DNA of 64,000 nucleotides from contig NC_042998.1 in NCBI RefSeq assembly GCF_006345805.1, positions 21,948,001-22,012,000 on the forward strand. The letters run 5' to 3'. Below, piece by piece: positions 52,375 through 64,000 of the stretch. Position numbers and translations under genes: made by a program. The DNA is from Octopus sinensis. Its lineage: Eukaryota. The notes beneath the pieces are model-generated. The model saw only the letters and a program-made list of their open reading frames with translations. It was not told where the DNA came from and made no database searches. Positions within the stretch are counted from its first letter, which is position 1, and each line of letters starts with the position of its first letter.

Positions 52375-52680
52375 CTTGCAAATACTTGGTGACCCTGTCA
52401 GTGCAGGTGCCACTTAAATGTAAAGTGGTTGGTGTTAGGAAGGGCATCCAGCTGTAAAAACCTTGCCAAAACTGACCTTGCCTGTGCTTGTGCCATGTAA
52501 AAAGCACTACGTCCACTCTGCTGAGTGGCTGGTGTTAGGAAGGGCATCCAGCTGTGAAAATCCTGCCAAAATAGTTGCAGAAGTCTGGTGCAGGCTTCAG
52601 CCCAGCCAGTTCCTGTAGCACTGTCCCACCCATGCTAGCATGGAACACAGACATTAAACGATGATGATGATGATGATTCT
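52375..52680 (+). mobile_element. Family C RTE-tail element
   Basis: Two GGTGTTAGGAAGGGCATCCAGCTG motifs and a (GAT)n tail. Confidence 0.8.
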
Positions 52681-53654
52681 CCAGTCAACTCACCTGGCAA
52701 AAATGAGTAGTACCTGTATTTCAAAGGGTCAGCCTTGTCACATTCTGTGTCATGCTGAATCTCCCCGAGAACTATATTAAAGGTACATGTGTCTGTGGAG
52801 TGCTCAGCCAGCCACTTGCTCATTAATTTCACAAACAGGCTGTCCCATTGACTAGATCAACTGAGACACTCATTTTCGTAACTGATGAATGCCAGATATT
52901 TCATCAGAAATATGGCGACAAGAAGGCTAAATTCTTATATTATACACAGTTGGTACAGATATTGTTTAACCCTAAGTCAAGTCAACCTCGATCAATCAGA
53001 CATATGATCAAATATAGTGTAACCATGCCCAACCTAATTCTTCCCAGACCATACTGGGGCTTTGCTGGTGTATTCTCATGTGTTAAAATGACATGCTATC
53101 AAAACTATTTAGAAAGAAGATATGTCTGTTTATTGAATGTATCATGAAATAATTATGTCCTATTAATCTTAAAAAAAGACGAGAGAAATATCTGTTATGT
53201 CAACAGCTAATTTCATTTCATCATTGGTTCTAGGCTACTTGTCTGCTCTCCTCCTTCTTCTCCTTCAACAAAACCCACCACTAACAATAATAAACAATAC
53301 GAACCTATGAGAAAACTTTTATGTGGTTGTTTGACCTGTTAGATATAGTAGTCAAATCTCCCTCGAATCACACACTGTTGTTTTTAAAAATAAAAATAAG
53401 GGAAGACTCTTTGAATATGTGGTTCTAGAGCCAATGAGGATGGAAATAAAATAAAGGGAAAAAGAAAAATTGCTGGAATGATTTTGATGAATATAGTTCT
53501 GGTTAATCAGGGCTAATCATGGACAAAACAATAACAATAACAAGAATAGCAACAGCCAATGAATGAACCATTCCATGGAATTTTAACCAGATAAAAAAAT
53601 AGCAGCCTCGTGTTGCTTAAATCACATCCTACTGTCTTGAAAATGGAAGGTCAT

Positions 53655-53890
53655 ACTCTTTTACTCTTTTACTTGTTTCAGTCATTTGACTGTGGCCATA
53701 CTGGAGCACTGCCTTTAGTCGAGCAAATCGACCCCGGGACTTATTCTTTCTAAGCCTAGTACTTATTCTATCGGTCTCTTTTGCTGAACTGCTAAGTTAC
53801 AGGGATGTAAACACACCAGCATCAGTTGGCAAGTGATGTTTGGGGGGCAAATACAGACACACAAACATACACACACACACACACACACAC
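53655..53890 (-). mobile_element. SINE A, 3' half
   Basis: Family match. Confidence 0.88.
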
Positions 53891-53959
53891 ACAAGAATTT
53901 TTTGTGTAATAAGATAAAAAAAGCCAAGGCTGTGTAGATATCAGAACATTTATAGATAG

Positions 53960-54011
53960 GTCTTACAGCTGTTTCCAGGATATTTATTAATAATATCCCT
54001 TCATCAGAGAC
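53960..54011 (-). ncRNA. Type I hammerhead motif (paralogue of 16023-16070)
   Basis: GUCU-CUGAUGA-AGGGAUAUU(AUUAAUA)AAUAUCCUG-GAA-ACAGCUGU-A-AGAC, within repeat 53895-54200. Confidence 0.75.
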
Positions 54012-55771
54012 AGTGTGAGAAGAAAATTAAGTCATAGTTAGTTTAGATGTGATACAAAATAGAGAGTGAGGTAGAGGAAAGACAATAGATGCAAGATATG
54101 TATGGGTATTGAAGTTGTAAATCCGTTTTATAGGCATAATGGTATATATGCAATATTCCAATATCCTTTGGGTAAAATCCAAAAGTCCAACAGAGTTTAA
54201 AATGAGTCCATCCAAATATGGAGTTTATAAGCAATGTAAGATTCCCTTATGAGTGAGATCCAGCAGATTTTAAAAAAAGGGTGACAAGCAGAAGGGCTGC
54301 TCCAGGTGGCACACACTTGAGCTACGCTAGTGCTTCACTTAGTTTCCATCTATCAAATCGACTGACAAGGATTTGGTTGACTCAAGGCTGTAGTAGAAGA
54401 CACTTGTCCAAGGAGCCATGCAGTGAGACTAATCCGGGAATCATGTGGTTGGCAAGCTTCTTACCACACAGCATGGCTAAAAAGCTCCTTCCAGAAAGCG
54501 CTAATATTCGGTCTGGGTAAAATATATTTTGGTGAAGCATTCTGCATACCATATGTAAAATATGATAAGGTTTCACACGTGTAATATTCTGAATTAAAAG
54601 ATTAACCCAGATTATCCAAAATGTATGTAGCAAGAAAAGGTAAAAACTTCCTACATGGGGCTATTTAAAACCTAAAACCACTAGCAAGGGAGTTAACTCT
54701 AATAAGATCATCATCATCATCGTTGTCATTTAAGGCCTGCCTTCCATGCTGGCATGGGTTGGATGGTTTGCCAGGAGTTGGCCAGGCATGAGCTTTACCA
54801 GAATTCTGTGTGTGTTTTGGCAGAGTTTTATGGCTCAATGCCCTTCCTAACACCAACCACCCAGCAGAGTGGACGGAGTGCTTTTTACATGGTTAAGTCA
54901 GTTTTGGCATGGTTGTTAGAGCTTGAGGCCCTTTCAAATGCCAACCACTTTACAGTGAGGACTGGATGCTTTTTGCATGGCACCAAACACTGGCCGGGTC
55001 ACTAAGTAACTTGTATGACAAAGATCCTTTGAGAGAGGAGAGGGGCAATTAGAGGAGGAAGGCAAAGAGCCTTTGAGAGAAGAGAGGGCTTTGGTGGAGG
55101 TGATCTTGTGTCGGATAATGAAAGGTTCGAGTGTAACTGGGAGACAGAGAGGCAGAGACAGGTGTCCTGTTGTAGAAGAGGTGCATGGTCAACTAGCCAG
55201 AGAGAGAGAGAGAGAGAGAGAAAGTGGATAGAAAATTTTTGGTGAATATAGACAATGTTGATTGAAGCAGATATGGTATTTACAGCCAACAAATGTAAAC
55301 AGGAGACTAGAGATAGGTTTAGGAAGAACGTGAGTCGGCTGAGGGGGAGAGGAAGGAGGAGGAGAAAAGAGAGAGGAAGAGAGACATTTTGGAAACAAGC
55401 TGTTTCCATTCTGATAAGTCATAAAGCATTATACTTAACTACTTATAAACAGAAAAAAAACACATAAGTGGTTTATTGCTGAACATCTGCTTGGTCAGTA
55501 TGTATCTGGGATGGTGTGCTGTTGCCGTGCACATACATATACACACACATGCATACACATACACACATGTGCACACACATACGCACACACTTCCATGCAG
55601 ACATTCTGGAAAACAAAAGACAAGCCACTCGACTTACTGTCGTGAAGTCATTTTCCAAAATACTTAAAGCTCTGGCTCATCAACAGGATGTGTCCTCTCT
55701 TTACTTCTGCATGGCCAGCTTGACCATGTTTCATCAATAATAATGGCTAATTGTAGTATTTTATATATAAA

Positions 55772-56164
55772 CTAGCAGTATTGCCCGGCGTTGCTCAGGT
55801 TTGTTTCAAACCTTCAGAATTGGAATTTTTGCAAAGTAAAACTTTTGCATTATGTAGCTTGTTGTTCTCTTTAAGTGAACATTTTTCTGGTTGAAATACA
55901 CCGGAAAATGGCGACACAGCAGTCAAAAAATCGTAAAAAATAGGGATTTTCATAGAAGAAAAAGCACCTTTTTGATGTAAATAATTTTTGGTGTTAACAT
56001 GGTCCGATTTGAATTTTTTCTTCTACGGAAGGAAGAGCAAGCCTTCTTCTATCATACTCTCAATTTTGGTCAACTTGCGCCGCAGGGTCTCGGAGGAGAT
56101 AGTGTTAGTTAAAAGCTACCAAACCTGCCACACACAGACAACTTCAGCTTTATATATAGAGAGA
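55772..56164 (-). mobile_element. Non-autonomous Helitron
   Basis: On the - strand: A|TC start, subterminal hairpin CCTG-AGCAACG-CCGGG, CTAG|T end. Confidence 0.75.
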
Positions 56165-56483
56165 TATGGTGCAAAATAAGGTACACACATACAAACATTC
56201 ACATACTTCCCTTGTACACACTCATACACACATATACTTACAGAGTTGAAACACTGATTTTTTTTCACCCCTTTCCTTCCTTATTCATCTATCACTCTTC
56301 CCTTTCTCTCATTGCTGTTACTTTCTCTCACTCCCTCTCAATCAGACCTATTGCTCTCACTACTTCTCCTTCACTGAATTACTATTTTTTCTCCTCCATG
56401 TCTGGCATGATTCTGGACAAATATATATATATATATATGAATGAAAGAATGGAGTTGAACGACGATTTAACAAAATTCCTTTA

Positions 56484-56566
56484 TTCTCGACATATGTTTC
56501 GAAGGCTGCATATTCCTAATTTCGAAGGAATAAGGGGTGCATTATGCCGCCTTCTCATCAGGAAAA
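56484..56566 (-). ncRNA. Type I hammerhead ribozyme with canonical core
   Basis: UUUUC-CUGAUGA-GAAGGCGGCAUA...UAUGCAGCCUUC-GAA-ACAUAUGU-C-GAGAA; GUC triplet, G10.1-C11.1. Confidence 0.8.
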
Positions 56567-56703
56567 ACAAGGAACTTATGTCAGCATCAAGATGAACAAA
56601 ATCTCTTAGATGGCTGCCCACACGGAGTCCATAGCGATAATAATTTGCTACCCAGGTATCGGTTAACCGAATTATCCATACTAAGATAATTCATTCAACT
56701 ACT

Positions 56704-56748
<45 letters not shown>

Positions 56749-57199
56749 TATATATAAACAAATTTATAAAAACACTATGCTCATTATTATATTAGAAGAT
56801 TCTCTCTGGATCTATAGTATTCAGCATAACCTCTCTTTGTAATAAGACAGTATGGTGTGAGTTCAGAGATATTTAGCTGATATTTCTTGCAGTTAAAGTA
56901 ACCACAAAGAATGAAAACTCCTTTATTTGAAAAATAGACAAGGGTTAGCAACAGGAAAGGCATTTAGCTATAAAAATAACACCTTGATAATATGTATTTG
57001 TCTAACCCAGAGGTTCCCAACTATTTTTAACCTGTGAATCCCTTTGGTTCCTATTTTACTCAGGGGGACCTTCATAACCATTTGATGTTTAAAAACACCC
57101 TATTGTAATTTTAGTATTAAATATTATAAGGATTTCTTTAAAAAAAATTTGTTAAACTATTTTGTGTATAGTAGACGTATAACTGATTTATTCTTTACT

Positions 57200-57409
57200 T
57201 TTATTCTTTTACTTGTTTCAATCATTTGACTGCGGCCATGCTGGAACACCACCTTTTAGTCGAACAAATCAACCCTGAGACTTATTCTTTGTAAGCCCAG
57301 TACTTATTCTATCGGTCTCTTTTGCCGAACCGCTAAGTGACGCCGACGTAAACACACCAGCTTTGGTTGTCAAGCAATGCTAGGGGGACAAACACAGACA
57401 CACAAACAT

Positions 57410-57440
<31 letters not shown>

Positions 57441-57611
57441 CATATATACGATGGGCTTCTTTCAGTTTCCGTCTACCAAATCCACTCACAAGGCTTTGGT
57501 CGGCCCGAGGCCATAGTAGAAGACATTTGCCCAAGGTGCCATGCAGTGGGACTGAACCCGGAACCATGTGGTTGGTAAGCAAGCTACTTACCACACAGCC
57601 ACTCCTGCGCC
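57200..57611 (-). mobile_element. SINE family A
   Basis: Full length; follows a hAT-MITE left end at 57008. Confidence 0.92.
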
Positions 57612-58050
57612 TGTGACCATTTGTTGAACCTTTGTTGAACAAATCAAACCCCACGACTTATTCTTTGTAAGAGTAAAAGAGAAGCATTTTCGCCGGTCAT
57701 TCTACCAATTCTGTCAGCTTGCCACCTCAGTGTGGTGGTAAATATTAGTTCCCATTATACTTCCAAACTGTAATTCTGAAATTCTTCATTTCAAACATTT
57801 AAAAATATTTTATCAATTTTTTTTTTTGTCTCTGTATGTGTGTGTGTGTGTGTGTGTGGGTGTTTGCATGGGAAGGAAAGCAGGATGGGTAATTAATTAT
57901 CTTTGAATAAACTGATGTATTTATTAAAATTAGCTGTTGTGATAATTAATTTCATTTTTTTTTTTTCGTAACATAGCAGGATATAATTATTTCACAATTC
58001 ATTCATTAAACACTGACATTCTTTGCCTAAATAGTTTTTAATATCATATA

Positions 58051-58459
58051 GGCGCAGGAGTGGCTGTGTGGTAAGTAGTTGGCTTACCAACTACATGGTT
58101 CCGGGTTCAGTCCCACTGCGTGGCACCTTGGGCAAGTGTCTTCTACTATAGTCTGGGGCCGACCAAAGCCTTGTGAGTGGATTTGGTAGACGGAAACTGA
58201 AAGAAGCCCGTCGTATATATGTATATATATGTATATGTATATGTGTATGTGTATGTTTGTGTGTCTGTGTTTGTCCCCCTAGCATTGCTTGACAACCGAT
58301 GCTGGTGTGTTTATGTCCCCGTCACTTAGCGGTTCGGCAAAAGAGACCGATAGAATAAGTACTGGGCATACAAAGAATAAGTCCCGGGGTCGAGTTGCTC
58401 GACTAAAGGCGGTGCTCCAGCATGGCTGCAGTCAAATGACTGAAACAAGTAAAAGAGTA
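58051..58459 (+). mobile_element. SINE family A (reference-quality copy)
   Basis: Intact head, internal microsatellite and AAAAGAGTA tail. Confidence 0.93.
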
Positions 58460-58545
58460 CCATTCGACAGAGAACAGAATTCACTTCGGTAAGTGCATTG
58501 AGGTCTTAACCAAATCATCTTTTTTTGTTTTTTCTGTTGTTTCAG

Positions 58546-58578
58546 GAATAGTCTACCTTGGATTATGTTAGCCAATAG
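58546..58578 (+). CDS. Candidate 33-nt exon
   Basis: Very strong acceptor TTTTTTGTTTTTTCTGTTGTTTCAG, AG|GTATTT donor, upstream donor CG|GTAAGT at 58489. Confidence 0.25.
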
Positions 58579-58737
58579 GTATTTGTTTTTAAAACAATAG
58601 GGTATAGTCTGTCTAAGGTTTAATTAATTCCAAGAGAAAGTTAGAGAGAGAGAGTAAGAAGAACCACCCCAGATAAAGTAGTTCTCAGTAGAATTCAAAC
58701 CAGAATGGCTGAGTACCAAAGAATTATCATTCTAATT

Positions 58738-59439
58738 CAGTGGTCCCCAAACATTTTTTTGCCTATGGACCCCTTGGATCCCTATTTTATTGAGGAAGTG
58801 GTGACACTCATAGTCACCCAGTGTCTAAAATCTCCTACTATATTTTTATGATTAAATAATGCTGGGAATTTACTCTACTCTTCACTCTTTTACTCTTTTA
58901 CTTGCTTCAGTCATTTGACTGTGGCCATGCTGGAGCACCACCTTTAGTCGAGCAAATTGACCCCGGGACTTATTCTTTGTAAGCCTAGTACTTATTCTAT
59001 CGGTCTCTTTTACCGAACTGCTAAATTACGGGGACATAAACACATCAGCATCGGTTGTCAAGCGATGTTGTGGGGACAAACACAGACACACAAACACGCA
59101 TATATATACATACATATATATATATATGTATATATATACATATATACGACGGACTTCTTTCAGTTTCTGTTTACCAAATCCACTCAGAAGGCTTTGGTCA
59201 ACTCAAGGCTATAGCAGAAGACACTTGCCCAAGGTGCCACGCAGTGGGACTGAACCTGGAACCATGTGGTTCGTAAGCAAGCTACTTACCACACAGCCAC
59301 TCCTATGCCTACGTATAAAAAATTTTTTTTAATATTTCGTATTTTGTAGAACTATAACCAATTTATTGCAGATAAATTTTAACAATAAAATTTTTTACGG
59401 ATTCCCACGGGCCATTCAGATCCCAGTCGGAAACCACTT
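58738..59439. mobile_element. hAT MITE with nested SINE A (58880-59309, -)
   Basis: CAGTGGTCCCCAA...CGGAAACCACT; TSD TTCTAATT/CTCTAATG. Confidence 0.75.
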
Positions 59440-60111
59440 CTCTAATGAGTCTATGAATATGCTGCTTTCTAACAATCATATCTGGCGACGGTGCTGGTGA
59501 CGGAGCAATCAACAAGTGGTTAGGTTGGTGTCAGTGGAAAGAATCATATTTCCTGTTATCCAAATATGATGTTATTTACTTTGAGAGTTATTCCCTTGTG
59601 GTCAATAAACATCTCCATCCGGCAGTGTGTTATTCCTCCTGTATGGTGACGATTTTATTGCAGATTAAACTCTTATTCTTAACTACATGTCGTATGTCAT
59701 CACATGCAGCATGTAATCAGAACCAGAGAACCACAGAACTAGGATTCAAATCCGAAAGCCAGATTGAGGCCAAGATAATAATATAAACCTGTCCTGGGGT
59801 TAAGCCTAGGGGTAGTGTTTTTATGCCTACAGTGGCCTACAAAAAGTTTTTAGACACCTGTTGAGTTTTCCCTTTGTTTTTCATGTGGTGCCACATAAAA
59901 GCACCTGTGCAGCAACATGCAAAAAAGGTACCTGTGCTGTGCCACATAAAAGCACTCATTTGACTGTGTAATTTAAATGCGAAAGGGTTTTAAGAGAGAT
60001 CTATATTAGAGAGGGTTTATCTTCAAATTGGCCAGATCTGGCCTTTCATACTTACCCTACAAAATCATTTTCAGAATAGATAATATCATTGAAACTTCAT
60101 AGCTGTGAGAT

Positions 60112-60335
60112 ACTCTTTTACTCTTTTACTTGTTTCAGTCATTTGACTGTGGCCATGCTGGAGCACCACCTTTAGTCGAGCAAATCGACCCCAGGACTTA
60201 TTCTTTGTAAGCCTAGTACTTATTCTATCGGTCTCTTTTGCTGAACCGCTAAGTTACGGGAACGTAAACACACCAGCATCGGTTGTCAAGCGATGTTGGG
60301 GGGTCAAACACAGACACACAAACATATATATGCAC

Positions 60336-60393
<58 letters not shown>

Positions 60394-60446
60394 GATGGGC
60401 TTTTTCAGTTTCCATCTATGAAATCCACTCACAAGTCTTTGATTGG
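60112..60446 (-). mobile_element. SINE A, 5'-truncated by the adjacent SINE D
   Basis: Family match. Confidence 0.88.
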
Positions 60447-60713
60447 CCGACACCGAGAGCATTGACGGATGGATGAATGCGCATCCAGGCTCAGCGGTTG
60501 TGTAGGAAGTCGGGGACAAGAAACAGGAAGAAAGAGTGAGAGAAAGTTGGAGCGAAAGAGTACAACAGGGGTTGCCATCACCCCCTGCCGGAGCCTCGTG
60601 GATCTTTTAGGTGTTTACGCTCAATAAACACACACAACACCCGGTCTGGGAATCGAAACCGCGATCCTCTGACCGCGAGTCTGCTGCCCTAACCACTGGG
60701 CCATTGCGCCTCC
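60447..60713 (-). mobile_element. tRNA-derived SINE family D
   Basis: GGAGGCGCAATGGCCCAGTGGTTAGGGCAGCAGACTCGCGGTCAGAGGATCGCGGTTTCGATTCCC (A and B boxes). Confidence 0.8.
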
Positions 60714-60969
60714 TGATGAAGATGATGTACAAGGGTTGAAATGACTTTGATATGAGTTCTACTGGATGTATCTGTCTTTGTTCATATCAGCGTTATGCTA
60801 ACCCTTAATGGTAACCCTTAAGGTGGTACCAGATTGTTTTACTTATGTTTTACATATTGCTTTGTAACCATCTGGCTTCCAGTTCAAATGACTTTGGTAG
60901 ATGGAAAACTGTGTGGAAGCCCATCATAAATGAGTGTGTGTGTGTCTTTATGTTTGTATTTGTGTTTGG

Positions 60970-61295
60970 TGAAGGCACGTGGCTCAGTGGTTAGGTTATT
61001 TGGCTCACAATCTTAAGGTCGTGGGTTCAATTTCCAGCAGCACATTTTATCCTTGAGCAAGGTACTCTACTTCACCTTGCTACAGTCCACTCAGCTGGCA
61101 AAAATGAGTAGTACCTGTAATTCAAAGGGCCAGCCTTGTCACATTCTGTGTCAAACTGAATCTCCCTGAGAACTATGCTAAGAGTATGTGTATCTGTGGA
61201 GTACTCAGCCACGTACATGTTAATTTTATGAGAAGGCTGTTCTGTTAATTGGATCAACTGGAAGCCTCATCATTGTGACCAATTGAGTGCCAGTG
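60970..61295 (+). mobile_element. SINE family E variant
   Basis: tRNA-like head; 3' part also at 52690-52890. Confidence 0.75.
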
Positions 61296-61502
61296 TGTGT
61301 TTGTTCCACCACACTGCTTAACAACTGGTGTTGGTTTGTTTGCTTCCCTATAATTTAGAAGTTTGGCAGAGACTGACAGAATAAGTGCCAGGCTCAAAAA
61401 AATAAATACTGCAGTCAATTCATTGAACTAAAACCCCTTCAAGGCAATGCTCCAGCATGGCCACAATCCAGTGAGTGACACAAGCAACAGATAGAAGATA
61501 AA

Positions 61503-62252
61503 AGGCGGTGACCTGGCAGAATGCGTAGCCGTATTTCGACTGCCGTTTCGTTCTGAGTTCAAATTCTGCCGAGGTCGACTTTGCCTTTTATCTTTTCGGG
61601 GTCGATAAATTAAGTACCAGTTACATACTGGGGTCGATATAATCGACTTAATCCGTTTGTCTGTCCTCTCTGTGTTTAGCCCCTTGTAGATAGTAAAGAA
61701 ATAGGTATTTCGACTGCCGTTTCGTTCTGAGTTCAAATTCTGCCGAGGTCGACTTTGCCTTTTATCTTTTCGGGGTCGATAAATTAAGTACCAGTTACAT
61801 ACTGGGGTCGATATAATCGACTTAAACCCTTTGTCTGTCCTTGTTTGTCCTCTCTGGGTTCAGTCCCATGTGGATAGTAAAGAAATAGATATTTCATCTG
61901 CCGTTATGTTCTGAGTTCAAATTCCGCCGAGGTCGACTTTGCCTTTCATCCTTTCGGGGGTCGATAAATTAAGTACCAGTTACGCACTGGGGGTCGATGT
62001 AATTGACTTAATCCCTTTGTCTGTCCTTGTTTGTCCTCTCTGGGTTCAGTCCCATGTGGATAGTAAAGAAATAGATATTTCATCTGCCGTTATGTTCTGA
62101 GTTCAAATTCCGCCGAGGTCGACTTTGCCTTTCATCCTTTCGGGGTCGATAAATTAAGTACCAGTTACGCACTGGGGTTGATGTAATCGACTTAATCCCT
62201 TTGTTTGTCCTTTTTTTGTCCTCGCTGTGTTTATAGCCCTTTGTGGCTAATA
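61503..62252 (+). mobile_element. Head-to-tail array of 4 SINE B units
   Basis: Unit starts near 61503, 61705, 61889 and 62076. Confidence 0.9.
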
Positions 62253-63254
62253 AAAAAAAATTTTAAAAAAAGGGAAACCAAACAACTTCTTTTAAAAGTA
62301 TTTAGACATGTGTGTTCCAGAACATTCTATGTCCAATAAACACTTGTGACATTTTACATAAGCTTCTAATTTTCCGTATTTGTAAACTCCATTCTCAATG
62401 AAAGAAGACAGAAAACAAAATGGTGAAACGTAACAAAATAAGAAAAGTTTTTTCTTTTCCCATTTTCTTTCAAATTTTTAATCTAAAATTCTAAATGTTT
62501 TATTCTTATTGTACATACTTTCGTCAGTAATCATACAGTGTGATAGAGATGAAGCAAGACATTTTTTTTTTTTTTTGTTTTTCTGATTTTTTTGTTTGTT
62601 TGTCTATTCTTCCAAAATATTCTCTTTAGATGTAGGATAAGCAATTTTTTTAAAGCTAATTTTCTGTTTGGCTACAAGCAGGAAGTATGAACAAGAATTT
62701 TTCTTCTAGCTTTATTTTTATCTTATTTTATATTTTATTTCACTTCATTTTTCAAGCAAAATTTTGACACAAATACAGTCAACAACATCTGGTACTCTAT
62801 GATTCAGCAGTAACTATATTCCCTCATTCACCAAGCTGAACTCACTGTATTTGATAAAATAAAATAAAGAGAGGAATTAAACGTGTGATTATCGGTCTGT
62901 CTTTTTTAGAACAACTCTCATGTAACATTTTTCACAACTTCCTGAACCACTATCCACTAAGCAGATCCTGGCCTACTTTTTTTTGTTTAATAATATCATA
63001 TCAAAGCAAATAAGGCCATCATTGGGACAATATCTTCCACGTTGTCTAAGACTGAAAGATGGAAAACTGCCTGAGGCTATTTTTTTTCTGATTTTTAAGG
63101 CAGCTAGTTTTAGAGGTTCTTCAGACAGACTCTTGGTTACAAATATCTAGCTTAACAGATATTCTGGGTTATAAACATCATCACCAACCTCCTCCTTGTC
63201 ATCATTTTAACATCCACTTTTCCATGCCTGCATGGGTTGGATAAACTAGAAAGG

Positions 63255-63745
63255 GTATGGCCTGGTCAGCCTGTAATGATATGCATAAGATCTGGTCATC
63301 AAATCGAAGTAGAGATTTCAAACTTAAAATCTTCAAAGCCACAATCGAACCAATTCTACTATATGGCTCAGAAACCTGGTCATTATCAAAGAAGCTTGAG
63401 AGGCGGTTGGATGGAACTTACACTTGCCTCTTTATGAGAGCTCAAAATCTCTCGTGGAAGCGTCATCCAACCAAAATACAAATATATGGGAAATTACCAC
63501 CTGTATCATCTCTTGTGAAAGGTAGGAGAGTCCAGTTTGCTGGACATTGTTGTAGAGCTGAAAACGAGGTAATTTTTACTCTTCTCCTCTGGAAGCCATC
63601 TGCTCGCGATACCAGTGGGTGCACACTCTCCTACCCTGATGTAATCTCCAGGGATACAGGCATCCAGCAACAGGACCTCCGTAATGCTATGATGGACCGT
63701 GAAGTCTGGCGTAACATAGTAAATTCCATTGTCTCAACCAGGAGG
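63255..63745 (+). mobile_element. RTE-clade LINE C-terminal fragment (second family)
   Basis: KLKIFKATIEPILLYGSETW..FAGHCCR..MMDREVWR. Confidence 0.85.
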
Positions 63746-63868
63746 AGGAAGACTGTGTATATATATATACCCCAACTATGGATGACACCATGTAGCCCAA
63801 ACTGTGGACTTAACACACTAATTAACATATAGCCATTAGTTCAAAAAATCACACACACCACCACCACC

Positions 63869-63902
<34 letters not shown>

Positions 63903-64000
63903 TACATATAAATATTAGCAAAGAGAATGGTGTGATGGTCTAAGTGACACATTTTTATTGCATCATACTACAATTGTTTCATCAAAATTTTAGCAGAAGA

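Noticed and set aside
52880-52910. CTGATGAA...TTCATCAG
   Set aside because: A simple hairpin without HHR topology.
60640-60713. Possible tRNA gene (also the heads of SINE families A, B and E)
   Set aside because: A and B boxes are present, but no acceptor stem closes and the sequence continues into SINE body.

Overview
AT-rich, repeat-saturated eukaryotic DNA. The SINE and microsatellite landscape matches what I recall of Octopus, so a cephalopod origin is an inference. No intact protein-coding gene is recognisable, and nearly all ORFs in the track are microsatellite artefacts. The window holds a 5'-truncated, frameshifted RTE LINE (RT plus a PHD-like finger) and 3' remnants of RTE-, CR1/L2- and R4/Dong-type LINEs. 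It also holds two mariner relics, hAT-, piggyBac-, mariner- and Helitron-type non-autonomous elements, and dozens of copies of about 5 SINE-like families. A few short unique islands have splice signals and may be exons of a + strand host gene. The most striking unexplained structure is about 17 type I hammerhead ribozyme (HHR)-like motifs in about 11 unrelated sequence families, most with the palindromic stem III typical of Penelope-like elements. Four long inverted repeats each carry an HHR motif in both arms, always pointing outward. All alignments and folds were read by eye, and repeat boundaries are approximate (about 10-20 bp).
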